From the IMG/VR virus record IMGVR_UViG_3300028591_000116: a stretch of DNA of 64,000 nt; one strand, written 5' to 3'. Below, piece after piece: positions 63,755 to 64,000 of the stretch. Every line of letters starts with the position of its first letter. Positions within the stretch are counted from its first letter, which is position 1. The notes beneath the pieces were generated by a model. That model saw nothing but the letters and a program-made list of their open reading frames with translations, had not been told where the DNA came from and made no database searches. This DNA comes from an uncultured virus (IMG/VR IMGVR_UViG_3300028591_000116). Lineage: Duplodnaviria; Heunggongvirae; Uroviricota; Caudoviricetes. Both the position numbers and the translations under genes were made by a program.

Positions 63755-63940
63755 TCCACTACAACACTTCCACAAACATTTCGGCATTTATTAGTACACG
63801 GAGATGATCCGCAGTCATTATTAGCACCACCCACGCCACATAATGCTCCACACCATAATTGGTGGCCGCAAAACGCTTGACAACTTCTAGCATCACCATA
63901 ATACGGATCTGTATTCATGCAGAAACCTACACAACTTCCT
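63755..63940 (-). other. Cys-rich cassette 5 (GSCVGFCMNTDPYY...CRNVCGS), 1-nt deletion in the 3' anchor
   Basis: AGGAAGTTGT at 63940-63931; 3' end reads AGTG-TTGTAGTGG, which shifts the terminal CSG out of frame. Confidence 0.8.
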
Positions 63941-64000
63941 GAAAATAACATCTTAATGACTTGGTTACCGATAATTTAAAGCATTAAATATATCGTTTAA

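Overview
AT-rich, densely coding 64-kb segment of a phiKZ/AR9-related jumbo phage. Evidence: a split multisubunit RNA polymerase beta' C-terminal subunit followed by an SF2 helicase, a large terminase, baseplate and tail-tube-like genes, head proteins with S/A-x-E motifs, an NAD-dependent ligase, a transglycosylase/amidase pair, and two recurring promoter-like motifs (SACGTWYATATT, early-type; ACA-N6-TG, late-type). The most unusual signal is a family of five dispersed cysteine-rich (mostly CxxxC) cassettes of about 185-230 bp at 6.5, 27.3, 40.3, 44.8 and 63.8 kb. Their interiors are unrelated, but all start with the identical 10-mer AGGAAGTTGT (xGSC) and end in GTGGTTGTAGTGG (GCSG; one copy lacks one G). 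None has a credible RBS and start, and four sit directly behind terminators. They look like a silent donor library for cassette-exchange diversification of a Cys-rich protein encoded outside this window (inference). Also notable: a ~750-nt ORF-free, helix-rich, terminator-ended region (candidate large ncRNA) upstream of the RNAP gene, and two paralogous hairpin-SD-small ORF-hairpin modules. All protein calls come from motif recognition by eye; no database searches were run.
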